The notes under the pieces: generated by a model | What the model saw: only the letters and a program-made list of their open reading frames with translations | Databases searched by the model: none | What the model was told of the DNA's origin: nothing | Assembly: GCA_964482355.1 (NCBI GenBank) | Contig: CAYZXF010000335.1 | Location: 1 to 57,295, forward strand | DNA length: 57,295 nucleotides | DNA from: an uncultured Anaerolineaceae bacterium | GTDB taxonomy: Bacteria; Chloroflexota; Anaerolineae; Anaerolineales; E44-bin32 | Direction of reading: 5' to 3' | Part shown: piece by piece, positions 17,266 through 23,785 of the stretch | How positions within the stretch are numbered: the first letter of the stretch is position 1 | How the letters are laid out: every line of letters begins with the position of its first letter | Program-made: the position numbers and the translations under genes

Positions 17266-17558
17266 TAACCTTTCTCCTTGGCCCGCTTCCTAGCCATGTA
17301 GTCCTTCATGTACTTTTTGCGCGCCTCGAGCTCCAAAACCCTGGCCTCCAAACTCTCCAAACGAGCCATAATCTCCTCAATCTGCTGCCAGTCAGGAACC
17401 GGATTCTCAACAATAAGCCGACCTTCCTTAGTCAATTTTTTTTTCGGACTGACAGGCTTCTTACTAGACTTGCGGGCTGGCTCGGCAGACTTCGTGCCGC
17501 CCTTGCAGACGTGGCGCCATTCACGCTTGCCGCAAATTTTGCATTCCGTAGGCTCCAT
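17265..17558 (-). CDS. Hypothetical protein (Cys cluster plus coiled coil)
   Basis: 97 aa with CKICGKREWRHVC at the N-terminus and a Lys-rich, coiled-coil C-half. No obvious SD precedes the ATG. Confidence 0.5.
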   Translation of the reverse strand: MEPTECKICGKREWRHVCKGGTKSAEPARKSSKKPVSPKKKLTKEGRLIVENPVPDWQQIEEIMARLESLEARVLELEARKKYMKDYMARKRAKEKG

Positions 17559-17561
17559 GAA

Positions 17562-17624
17562 GTAAGTTTACACTGTGAGCGTAAGTTTACAAGGGTAGGT
17601 TTACACGTACGGAATTTTTTTACA
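17562..17624. repeat. Tandem 11-mers GTA(A/G)GTTTACA x3 plus a partial fourth
   Basis: Copies at 17562-17572, 17581-17591 and 17595-17605, plus TTTACA at 17619-17624. They lie between a sigma70-like promoter and the ATG at 17558, about 100 nt downstream of the terS-like stop. Confidence 0.8.
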
Positions 17625-17664
17625 CAGAGAATGGCGTTGCCACACCTACACACTGATTGATTTC

Positions 17665-17694
17665 TATATAGCCCCCCACCCCTTCGCCAGTCAA
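17665..17694 (-). promoter_or_regulatory. Sigma70-like promoter (minus strand)
   Basis: On the minus strand: TTGACT (17694-17689), an 18-nt spacer, then TATATA (17670-17665). Pattern match only. Confidence 0.4.
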
Positions 17695-17716
17695 AAAGCT
17701 AGGAGTCCCATCTGTG

Positions 17717-18316
17717 CTATTGGTTATCAGGAGCTGCTGCTTGCGGGGTTGCCGTCTCCGTCGCCTTGCCTTCAATCAGAGCTCCGGCCTTCTCGTTCTC
17801 TATCAGCAAACAAGCGAAGCGGCGCATACGTTCACGGTCTGATAGATCAAGCGTGTGATTCACCTCGCCGCTGTGTTTGACCTCCACTGACGGGCCGTAT
17901 AGATGCGGAGCAACAGCAGCCATAAGGCGTAGACGTGTGTCCACCCGCAGTTTGGAGCGCTGCACATGCTCAGTGTCAAGAGCCTCATATTCAACACCAT
18001 TGCGCCCCTTCTTGATGATGTAGTCAGTCGTCCCATCGTCCGCAATCAGCACGCTTTCGTCAGCCCATGTGTGCATCTGATTATGTCGCGCGCGGGTGAA
18101 CCTCTCCTGAAAGGCAGAATTCTCATGCTTCCACCGATAAACCGTTGTTGTTGATGGCATATCGCGCTGCAGGCATATCTGTACCAGTGTTGTGCCGCTT
18201 TCCAGTTGTTCGAAGATGGAACGCGCCAGCGCCTCAGAATAGATCGTCGGACGACCAATAATCGCTTTGTCTTCAGGAGTAGTGTCTGTTGCTTGCAGGG
18301 TATGGGTTTCAGACAT
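17717..18316 (-). CDS. terS: Terminase small subunit-like HTH protein
   Basis: 199 aa. IGRPTIYSEALARSIFEQLESGTTLVQICLQRDMPSTTTVYRWKHENSAFQERFTRAR...RSKLRVDTRL matches the widespread family annotated as phage terminase small subunit. It is separated from terL by about 3.4 kb. Confidence 0.55.
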   Translation of the reverse strand: MSETHTLQATDTTPEDKAIIGRPTIYSEALARSIFEQLESGTTLVQICLQRDMPSTTTVYRWKHENSAFQERFTRARHNQMHTWADESVLIADDGTTDYIIKKGRNGVEYEALDTEHVQRSKLRVDTRLRLMAAVAPHLYGPSVEVKHSGEVNHTLDLSDRERMRRFACLLIENEKAGALIEGKATETATPQAAAPDNQ

Positions 18317-18379
18317 GTTTGCAGATTCCTGGGTTCACTGAGCTGGTGTGTTGCAGTTTAGCAGCTTGTGAAATAGTTG

Positions 18380-18408
18380 TTGACAGCGGAACATTGTTCC
18401 TGTATAGC
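18380..18408 (+). promoter_or_regulatory. Sigma70-like promoter with a palindrome in the spacer
   Basis: TTGACA (18380-18385), a 17-nt spacer, then TATAGC (18403-18408). The spacer contains GGAACATTGTTCC (18388-18400). The promoter lies upstream of the J-domain gene. Confidence 0.5.
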
Positions 18409-18485
18409 TGGGGGTGAGCTGGGAGCAGTCCCAGTTTAGCCGGAGGCAGCTCTGGCACCCTGTAACTAAACGCAAGGAGAACACC

Positions 18486-19016
18486 ATGATCACAAACAAG
18501 CCCACCGCGTTAATTCACGGCGCCGCCAAGGTGCTGGGGATTAGTGGCGAGATTACAGCGGAGATTGTCACAACCGCCTATCGCCGCGCGGCAATGAAGT
18601 ATCACCCAGATCGCAACCCGGCAGGCCTGGTGATGATGAAAGCGGTGAACGCTGCGCGCGACGCACTCAGCGAGTTTCGCGGCAACCTGAACCACAACGA
18701 GACAGCCGCCTGCTACGGCGGAGACCTTAACGACGCCATCAAGCACCTATTGCACAGCGTTGGCCTGAACCTTGAGATATGCGGCGCCTGGTTGTGGGTG
18801 ACCGGCGAGACCAAGGCGCACAAGGATGTCATCAAGGCCTTTGAGTCGGAGACCGGCAACCGCTTCAGGTGGCATTCGAAAAAACTAGCTTGGTACTTCG
18901 CGCCCAATGACTTCAAGGGCCGCCGCCGCTTTCGTGGCACCACGTCAATGGATGATATCCGCGAGACCTATGGCAGCGCATACGTCGCCACCCAAGCACG
19001 GAGCGCAATCGCATGA
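18486..19016 (+). CDS. J-domain (DnaJ-like) protein
   Basis: ATG at 18486 is preceded by AAGGAG. The HPD motif sits in AYRRAAMKYHPDRNP. The C-terminal half contains ICGAWLWVTGETKAHKDVIKAF...FRWHSKKLAWYF. The track ORF starts earlier, at GTG 18414. Confidence 0.75.
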   Translation: MITNKPTALIHGAAKVLGISGEITAEIVTTAYRRAAMKYHPDRNPAGLVMMKAVNAARDALSEFRGNLNHNETAACYGGDLNDAIKHLLHSVGLNLEICGAWLWVTGETKAHKDVIKAFESETGNRFRWHSKKLAWYFAPNDFKGRRRFRGTTSMDDIRETYGSAYVATQARSAIA

Positions 19017-19177
19017 CCGAGGAGCAACTACAAGCAGCCGAAACCTGGCAAACCCCAACCCGTGGCACCAATCAGGCCGAGTTTGATATCTACCTGGCTT
19101 GTGCGGATGACGGTCACGGCAACGACGTTACAACAGGCGGACCACTCAAGACGTTTGACGAGTGGCTCGCGAGCTGA
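19013..19177 (+). CDS. Candidate 54-aa protein
   Basis: Below the track cutoff. It has an ATGA overlap with the J-domain stop. Translation: MTEEQLQAAETWQTPTRGTNQAEFDIYLACADDGHGNDVTTGGPLKTFDEWLAS. Confidence 0.35.
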   Translation: MTEEQLQAAETWQTPTRGTNQAEFDIYLACADDGHGNDVTTGGPLKTFDEWLAS

Positions 19178-19245
19178 GGACTCACTAATAGCCGCGTGAC
19201 AGGCGGCTACAGAGTGGCACTTTTCCACCACACGAGGAGAACAAC

Positions 19246-19521
19246 ATGAGCAAGAAAGACGAGCCGCGCCAGTGCTTCTACATATCGCCGCTTGAATACG
19301 ACGAGGGCCGCGGCTATGTACCTAGCCTTGTTGTCGAGAACGAGCCGGGCCGGAGCCCCATGAGAGGCCGCGGCGAGTTCGCCGAGCCTTGGTATTGGGG
19401 CAAGACCTTGGAACAAGCCGAGCAGACCTGTGAACGCGTGAACAAAGATCGCTACGGCATCAGCCACCAAACGGCAGCCCGCATTGTTGCCAGCAGCATG
19501 GCAGCAGGGAGTATTCACTGA
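19246..19521 (+). CDS. Hypothetical protein
   Basis: 91 aa, with an ATG preceded by GAGGAG. Confidence 0.55.
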   Translation: MSKKDEPRQCFYISPLEYDEGRGYVPSLVVENEPGRSPMRGRGEFAEPWYWGKTLEQAEQTCERVNKDRYGISHQTAARIVASSMAAGSIH

Positions 19522-19735
19522 TGGCAACAACCAAGCAGCAGCCAATCGCGAGGATGGCAGCCTGTACCCGGGAGTCGGTCACGGCGCGCCAGCGTCGCGC
19601 ATGGCACTCAGAAACCGCGGCCTGATCGAGAACAAAGAGCAGCCTTGCAAGGCCTACAAAGGCCTGACCTGGGATGAGGTAATCACCGAGGCAGGCCGCG
19701 AGGCTTTAGCCGAGGCACGAGCTGCGGGCTGGTGA
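19484..19735 (+). CDS. Uncertain ORF (two overlapping frames; see findings)
   Basis: This is the 83-aa track ORF. Only its C-terminal part (MALRNRGLIENKEQPCKAYKGLTWDEVITEAGREALAEARAAGW) looks protein-like. A 34-codon ORF in another frame starts at 19521. Confidence 0.3.
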   Translation: MLPAAWQQGVFTDGNNQAAANREDGSLYPGVGHGAPASRMALRNRGLIENKEQPCKAYKGLTWDEVITEAGREALAEARAAGW

Positions 19736-19790
19736 GTAACCGCGCCAAGTGGCTGGCCCTGGCCGGCTGTTTGGCGGGAGTTATTCCCAA

Positions 19791-19809
19791 GGGGTGACAA
19801 TGTCACCCC
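19791..19809. repeat. 19-bp perfect palindrome GGGGTGACAATGTCACCCC, copy 2 (inverted orientation)
   Basis: Read directly. It is intergenic and lies 22 nt upstream of the ATG at 19832, which has an AGGAG SD. Confidence 0.9.
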
Positions 19810-19831
19810 CCTACAACGCGAGGAGATAGAA

Positions 19832-20053
19832 ATGCACAGAGAAGACCAAACGCGCATTGTTGAGGAAATGTGCAAGGGCTTGCGCGAGACAATGCTCGCC
19901 AAGCTGGACAAAGTCCCGGAGCGCTGGGAGGGCATGGAGTTGCGCGCCCTACTTGCAGACACAGCGCGCGAAAACTTCGTAATTGGCAGGCGAGACAGGC
20001 GGCTCGGCATGTGGAAGGACTACGAAAACGATCGCTTAGTCTTGAATATATAA
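19832..20053 (+). CDS. Hypothetical protein
   Basis: 73 aa with a strong SD (AGGAG). Confidence 0.55.
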   Translation: MHREDQTRIVEEMCKGLRETMLAKLDKVPERWEGMELRALLADTARENFVIGRRDRRLGMWKDYENDRLVLNI

Positions 20054-20254
20054 ATGAAACCAGATGCTTCGACCTACGATCCGCGGCCTGAATACCTGGC
20101 TGAGTTAGTCAAGTCCACCGGGCTAACTCGGCCAGTGCTAGCCAAGCTGCTTGGTGTTGATCAGCGCACGATCCGATACTGGTTGGCCGGCAAGCGCCAG
20201 TTCCCCTACTCGGTGCAATATGCGCTGGAGGTCTTGGTTTTGTCTCCAGATTAG
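20054..20254 (+). CDS. HTH (XRE/Cro-like) DNA-binding protein
   Basis: 66 aa. GLTRPVLAKLLGVDQRTIRYWLAGKR is a typical helix-turn-helix. Confidence 0.6.
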   Translation: MKPDASTYDPRPEYLAELVKSTGLTRPVLAKLLGVDQRTIRYWLAGKRQFPYSVQYALEVLVLSPD

Positions 20255-20278
20255 TGTCTAATTCACTTATGGAGATTA

Positions 20279-20485
20279 GTGAAAAAGATAAAGTCAGGTT
20301 GGCGAGGCAGCGGCAGACGCGGAGAGGATATGCCAACCGCAAAACTATCTACCATCCAAGTTATCGAGATTCGCGAACGCTACGCTATCGGCAAGGTGAT
20401 GCAGAAAGATTTGGCTGCGGAGTACGGCATTAGCAGGGCCCAGATGCACAACATTCTAAACAGAAAGCAATGGACGCACATTTAG
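20279..20485 (+). CDS. Small HTH protein
   Basis: GTG at 20279 is preceded by GGAG. AKLSTIQVIEIRERYAIGKVMQKDLAAEYGISRAQMHNILNRKQWTHI parallels the C-terminal HTH of the HNH protein at 25271-25759. Confidence 0.5.
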   Translation: MKKIKSGWRGSGRRGEDMPTAKLSTIQVIEIRERYAIGKVMQKDLAAEYGISRAQMHNILNRKQWTHI

Positions 20486-20501
20486 TAATTCGACCATACT
20501 G

Positions 20502-20945
20502 CTAGTGTTTTGTATTCAAGCCCGGATCAGCGCCGCTGGTTAGCAACAGCCCCATTTCATAGGCTTCCTTGCACTCGTCGCTGCACACCACCCACACGGT
20601 TGCTGGGTTCTGCAGCACGTCGACGTCGACCTCGATCGGCTTGTCGCACTGCTCACAGCGCACTTCGATGGTCTGTAACTTGACCCGGCGCTTGTCATCC
20701 GGCACCCGCACCGTGCCAAGCCGATCACCGTCGCGCAGAAGACAATCCCCAGGATTGAGGATAATTTCGAGTCCACCTGGACCGCGGATTCTGAGCTGAT
20801 CGCCGCTCACTTCCAAAACGGCCACATGATCCACGAGCAGCGCGTCGATCTCACTGACGTTATCGACTTTCCACTGGACATTGGGTAGCCCTTTTTGTGC
20901 TGCGGAGAGCTGGCTCAAGTACCGCGACCAGACTGCGCCCACCAA
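20502..20945 (-). CDS. Hypothetical protein with a C-terminal Cys motif
   Basis: 147 aa. It contains CEQCDKP...CSDEC. Confidence 0.5.
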   Translation of the reverse strand: MVGAVWSRYLSQLSAAQKGLPNVQWKVDNVSEIDALLVDHVAVLEVSGDQLRIRGPGGLEIILNPGDCLLRDGDRLGTVRVPDDKRRVKLQTIEVRCEQCDKPIEVDVDVLQNPATVWVVCSDECKEAYEMGLLLTSGADPGLNTKH

Positions 20946-21277
20946 GCAACGAAATTAGTGACGTCAGTTGCGCCACTCTGCGCGAAGCGAACCGTCTTGA
21001 AAGTGCCCTCAAGCAAGTAGATCAAATCGGGAAGGGCCACGATGACTCGGGCTGCCGGCGTCAGGGAGTGCAGATCAATGAAAGCCACTTCCTGGGCGAA
21101 GTTAGTTCCATCCTGAGACACATCGACATCAACCGCACCCGCCGATGACATAAAGTAAACGCGATTGTAGCGTTCGGCATTCTCAAGCTCAGCGACTACG
21201 TCCTCATCGTCAGGAGTATCTAGGCCGATGACCTGATGCGTCGGGCCATAAAAGTTATGCGTGCCTACGTTTGCCAT
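20915..21277 (-). CDS. Hypothetical protein
   Basis: 120-aa ORF. I recognise no motif. Confidence 0.5.
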   Translation of the reverse strand: MANVGTHNFYGPTHQVIGLDTPDDEDVVAELENAERYNRVYFMSSAGAVDVDVSQDGTNFAQEVAFIDLHSLTPAARVIVALPDLIYLLEGTFKTVRFAQSGATDVTNFVAWWAQSGRGT

Positions 21278-21414
21278 GATTGCTTCCCTGTTGTTTAGGT
21301 TTCAGCCGCTCTGCGACCTCCGCTGGACCTCGGACGACGACGGTAATCTGGCCACAAACCACACGATACTTCGGCCAAACTGAATGCAGCTTGAAGGAAT
21401 TTAGTGAGCGGCAT

Positions 21415-21942
21415 TCAAATTCCATGTGTGCTGCTAAAACCAAGCCTTATCTCCGCTGACCTACGGCGGCAACAAGCTTCAAAAAAGTCCTTGCCAGCAT
21501 ATAGATAATACCTCTTACCCTGAGAATCTATCGTGGACTGCCATCTTTGTCGAGTTTTCTGCCAATAAACTCCCGTGATGCCGTATGTATTATCGGACCT
21601 CTTGCCTCTGTTCTTACAATTGTCTGAGCGAGTCGCTGGACGTAAGTTTTTCAGTCTATTATCCAGTGAATTACGATTGATGTGGTCAATCTCGTCAACC
21701 AAGACACCATGCACGATCAGCCAAATAATCCGTGCCACGTTATAAACTTTACCATTGATTTTAACGCGGCGAGAAACGTACCCTTGCTTCGTCCTTACTG
21801 TTGATCCAGCTATAGATCCGACCTTGTATTTACTATTACAAGCCGGAGACCGCCTGATTAGATTCTCTCCATCGTACTCAAAGCGCTCGATAGCAACCGC
21901 AAGATTCAGCATTTTTATCAATCCAAAACATCCTGATATCAC
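21415..21942 (-). CDS. HNH homing-type endonuclease
   Basis: VDEIDHINRNSLDNRLKNLRPATRSDN (an HNH motif) is followed by an AP2-like GITGVYWQKTRQRWQSTI. The start is uncertain. Confidence 0.7.
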   Translation of the reverse strand: MISGCFGLIKMLNLAVAIERFEYDGENLIRRSPACNSKYKVGSIAGSTVRTKQGYVSRRVKINGKVYNVARIIWLIVHGVLVDEIDHINRNSLDNRLKNLRPATRSDNCKNRGKRSDNTYGITGVYWQKTRQRWQSTIDSQGKRYYLYAGKDFFEACCRRRSAEIRLGFSSTHGI

Positions 21943-22342
21943 GAGCTATTATACGCGGAACTTCAAACTCCTGCCATGGTTGCTCTGCAAACTTGTCAAG
22001 CATGAAATCCTGAGTAGGGATAAGCACATGCACCTCATCGCCGAAGTGATCCTCGAACATGATTCGACCCCAGATCAGGCTTGGACCGAACTCACCGCTC
22101 ATTTTCTGGCGTGTTGTGTGATTGTGTAGATGCCCAAAATGGTGCCATTTGCACAGACCAATGGTCCAGCGATGCTGCTCAGCCCCCTTACCTACGCGCC
22201 GGCCTCGCTCTGTAACGTGCTCAATTGAGGCGTGCACATCAAGATAGCCCACCAACAAGCAAGGCAGACAACCGCAATACTTGGCTATTGTCTCCATGCG
22301 GTCTCGCTCGTTCTTGCGAGCTCGCGGAGTCGAGCCAACCAT
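21878..22342 (-). CDS. Ref-like HNH-type nuclease (tentative)
   Basis: 154 aa. CGCLPCLL...IEHV...IGLCKWHHFG resembles recombination-enhancement (Ref)-type proteins. Its 3' end overlaps the next HNH ORF by 65 nt. Confidence 0.45.
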   Translation of the reverse strand: MVGSTPRARKNERDRMETIAKYCGCLPCLLVGYLDVHASIEHVTERGRRVGKGAEQHRWTIGLCKWHHFGHLHNHTTRQKMSGEFGPSLIWGRIMFEDHFGDEVHVLIPTQDFMLDKFAEQPWQEFEVPRIIARDIRMFWIDKNAESCGCYRAL

Positions 22343-22617
22343 CAGGCGCCGCGCTCGTCATTGATGAGATAGTGCCTGCCCTTATCGGTAAGGACAAAGT
22401 CTCCACGACAGCCACAACCACATCCTTCCACTAACCCTCGTTTAATTAGCTGTTTCATTTTTGCAAGGACCAGCTTGCCAGCTAGAGCAAATCCGTCTGG
22501 CATTGCATGGCATACACTGTTATCAGCATACGGTAAATTGAACCACGTACACCACTGCCCACCTCTGGAATCAATAAACTCCAAAATTGGTCTGTCTGGG
22601 ATGTCTTTATATTTCAT
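22342..22617 (-). CDS. Hypothetical protein
   Basis: 91-aa ORF with a 1-nt overlap with the downstream gene. Confidence 0.5.
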   Translation of the reverse strand: MKYKDIPDRPILEFIDSRGGQWCTWFNLPYADNSVCHAMPDGFALAGKLVLAKMKQLIKRGLVEGCGCGCRGDFVLTDKGRHYLINDERGA

Positions 22618-22637
22618 GCTTGCTTCAATCCTTGATT

Positions 22638-22820
22638 TTACTCCGTCGTGATCTCAGTCAGTCGCTCACCGCACAGCGGACAAAAATTATATACCTCATC
22701 AAGATATGGCCCAGCGTTTAGCTCGGCCTTGTCATAAATTGGACGCGACTCAATGTCTCCGCTGACGCCATATATATGTCCGCACTCTTGTTTTTTATCC
22801 ATGATCAATCCCCGGCCCAC
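22638..22820 (-). CDS. Hypothetical small Zn-ribbon-like protein
   Basis: 60 aa. It contains CGH...CPLCG. Confidence 0.45.
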   Translation of the reverse strand: MGRGLIMDKKQECGHIYGVSGDIESRPIYDKAELNAGPYLDEVYNFCPLCGERLTEITTE

Positions 22821-23067
22821 GATCGAAGTACGGCATCAGCCTGATCACAGGATTGATCTGCCGACGCTTGCCCACAATGCCCCAGACAATGAACCAATCT
22901 GTGAGCTCCTCGTTCGTGAGTGATTGATGAAAGGGCTTGCCACTTCTAGCCCCGCGATGATCGCGCTCATTCTTTTCTCTGGTATTAGGACCGCCGTAGT
23001 CGCCCCAGTGCACGGTGCTTTCAGCATTCATCAACCGGCTCCTTCCCTTTGGTAATATTGATCTCAA
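22795..23067 (-). CDS. Hypothetical protein
   Basis: 90-aa ORF within the operon. Confidence 0.45.
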   Translation of the reverse strand: MRSILPKGRSRLMNAESTVHWGDYGGPNTREKNERDHRGARSGKPFHQSLTNEELTDWFIVWGIVGKRRQINPVIRLMPYFDRGPGIDHG

Positions 23068-23383
23068 TCCGACCGCCTGCCGTGCGCCCTATGCGATCAG
23101 TCCAAAGAGAAACGACAGCGCTATCGTCTGTGATAGCACCGTACTCAGTCAGCGCGTCAAGCATGGGCTTGAGAATGTTGTCAAGATCACGCTTGCGCCG
23201 ATCCGGCACCCAGACATAAATACGCACCCGAAAATACTCGTATTTAAGCCGCGCCACCTTCTGGCCGGCCATCAGCCAGCCACACTCGGCCTTGTAGGAT
23301 CTACCCCGAGCGCTCAGAATCTTTCGACCCCGAACCACGGTGTAGTAGTGATTGACAGTTGGTGGGTAAGGCAGATTGATCAT
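23021..23383 (-). CDS. rusA: RusA-family Holliday junction resolvase
   Basis: 120 aa. LPYPPTVNHYY...PDRRKRDLDNILKPMLDALTEYGAITDDSAV aligns closely with the E. coli RusA motifs. Confidence 0.85.
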   Translation of the reverse strand: MINLPYPPTVNHYYTVVRGRKILSARGRSYKAECGWLMAGQKVARLKYEYFRVRIYVWVPDRRKRDLDNILKPMLDALTEYGAITDDSAVVSLWTDRIGRTAGGRIEINITKGKEPVDEC

Positions 23384-23562
23384 TTAAGCTCGCCGCGTGC
23401 ACCAAGCGTATAAAACGCCTTCCATATCCGAACCATGTTTTTCCGGCAGGCATCCTTGTGGCAGTATCCCTGGCTGGAGGCAAATATCACGCGGCCGTTA
23501 TCCGCCTTGATCGTTGCCCGCCACTTTTCCCTGCTGTCTTTCTTGTAGGTTAATGTGCTCAT
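23380..23562 (-). CDS. DUF1508 (YegP-like) small protein
   Basis: 60 aa. WRATIKADNGRVIFASSQGYCHKDACRKNM fits the YegP repeat pattern. Confidence 0.55.
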   Translation of the reverse strand: MSTLTYKKDSREKWRATIKADNGRVIFASSQGYCHKDACRKNMVRIWKAFYTLGARGELK

Positions 23563-23785
23563 TGTCGAATTTCCTCAGCATGTTTCGAATAATATCCTTG
23601 GCCGTTGTGTACTCCTGCCACTCCCGTACTTGGACGCCTAAACTCTCGTCCGCGTCATACATGGCGTCGCGGCAAAACGGCGTCCAATCTCCTGTACGTG
23701 ACTTGCAAATGACCAGCAATATGGCCATGCGATCAGCTAGAAACGCTACTCTTGCGGCGTTCAGACTTTTCTCGTCCTTTGGCAT
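23498..23785 (-). CDS. Hypothetical protein
   Basis: 95-aa ORF that overlaps both neighbours. The start is uncertain. Confidence 0.4.
   Translation of the reverse strand: MPKDEKSLNAARVAFLADRMAILLVICKSRTGDWTPFCRDAMYDADESLGVQVREWQEYTTAKDIIRNMLRKFDNEHINLQERQQGKVAGNDQGG

Noticed and set aside
21255-21443. 62-aa minus-strand ORF in the 137-nt gap upstream of 20915-21277
   Set aside because: It overlaps both neighbours, shows no SD and has an unremarkable sequence. It might be real, but I cannot support it.
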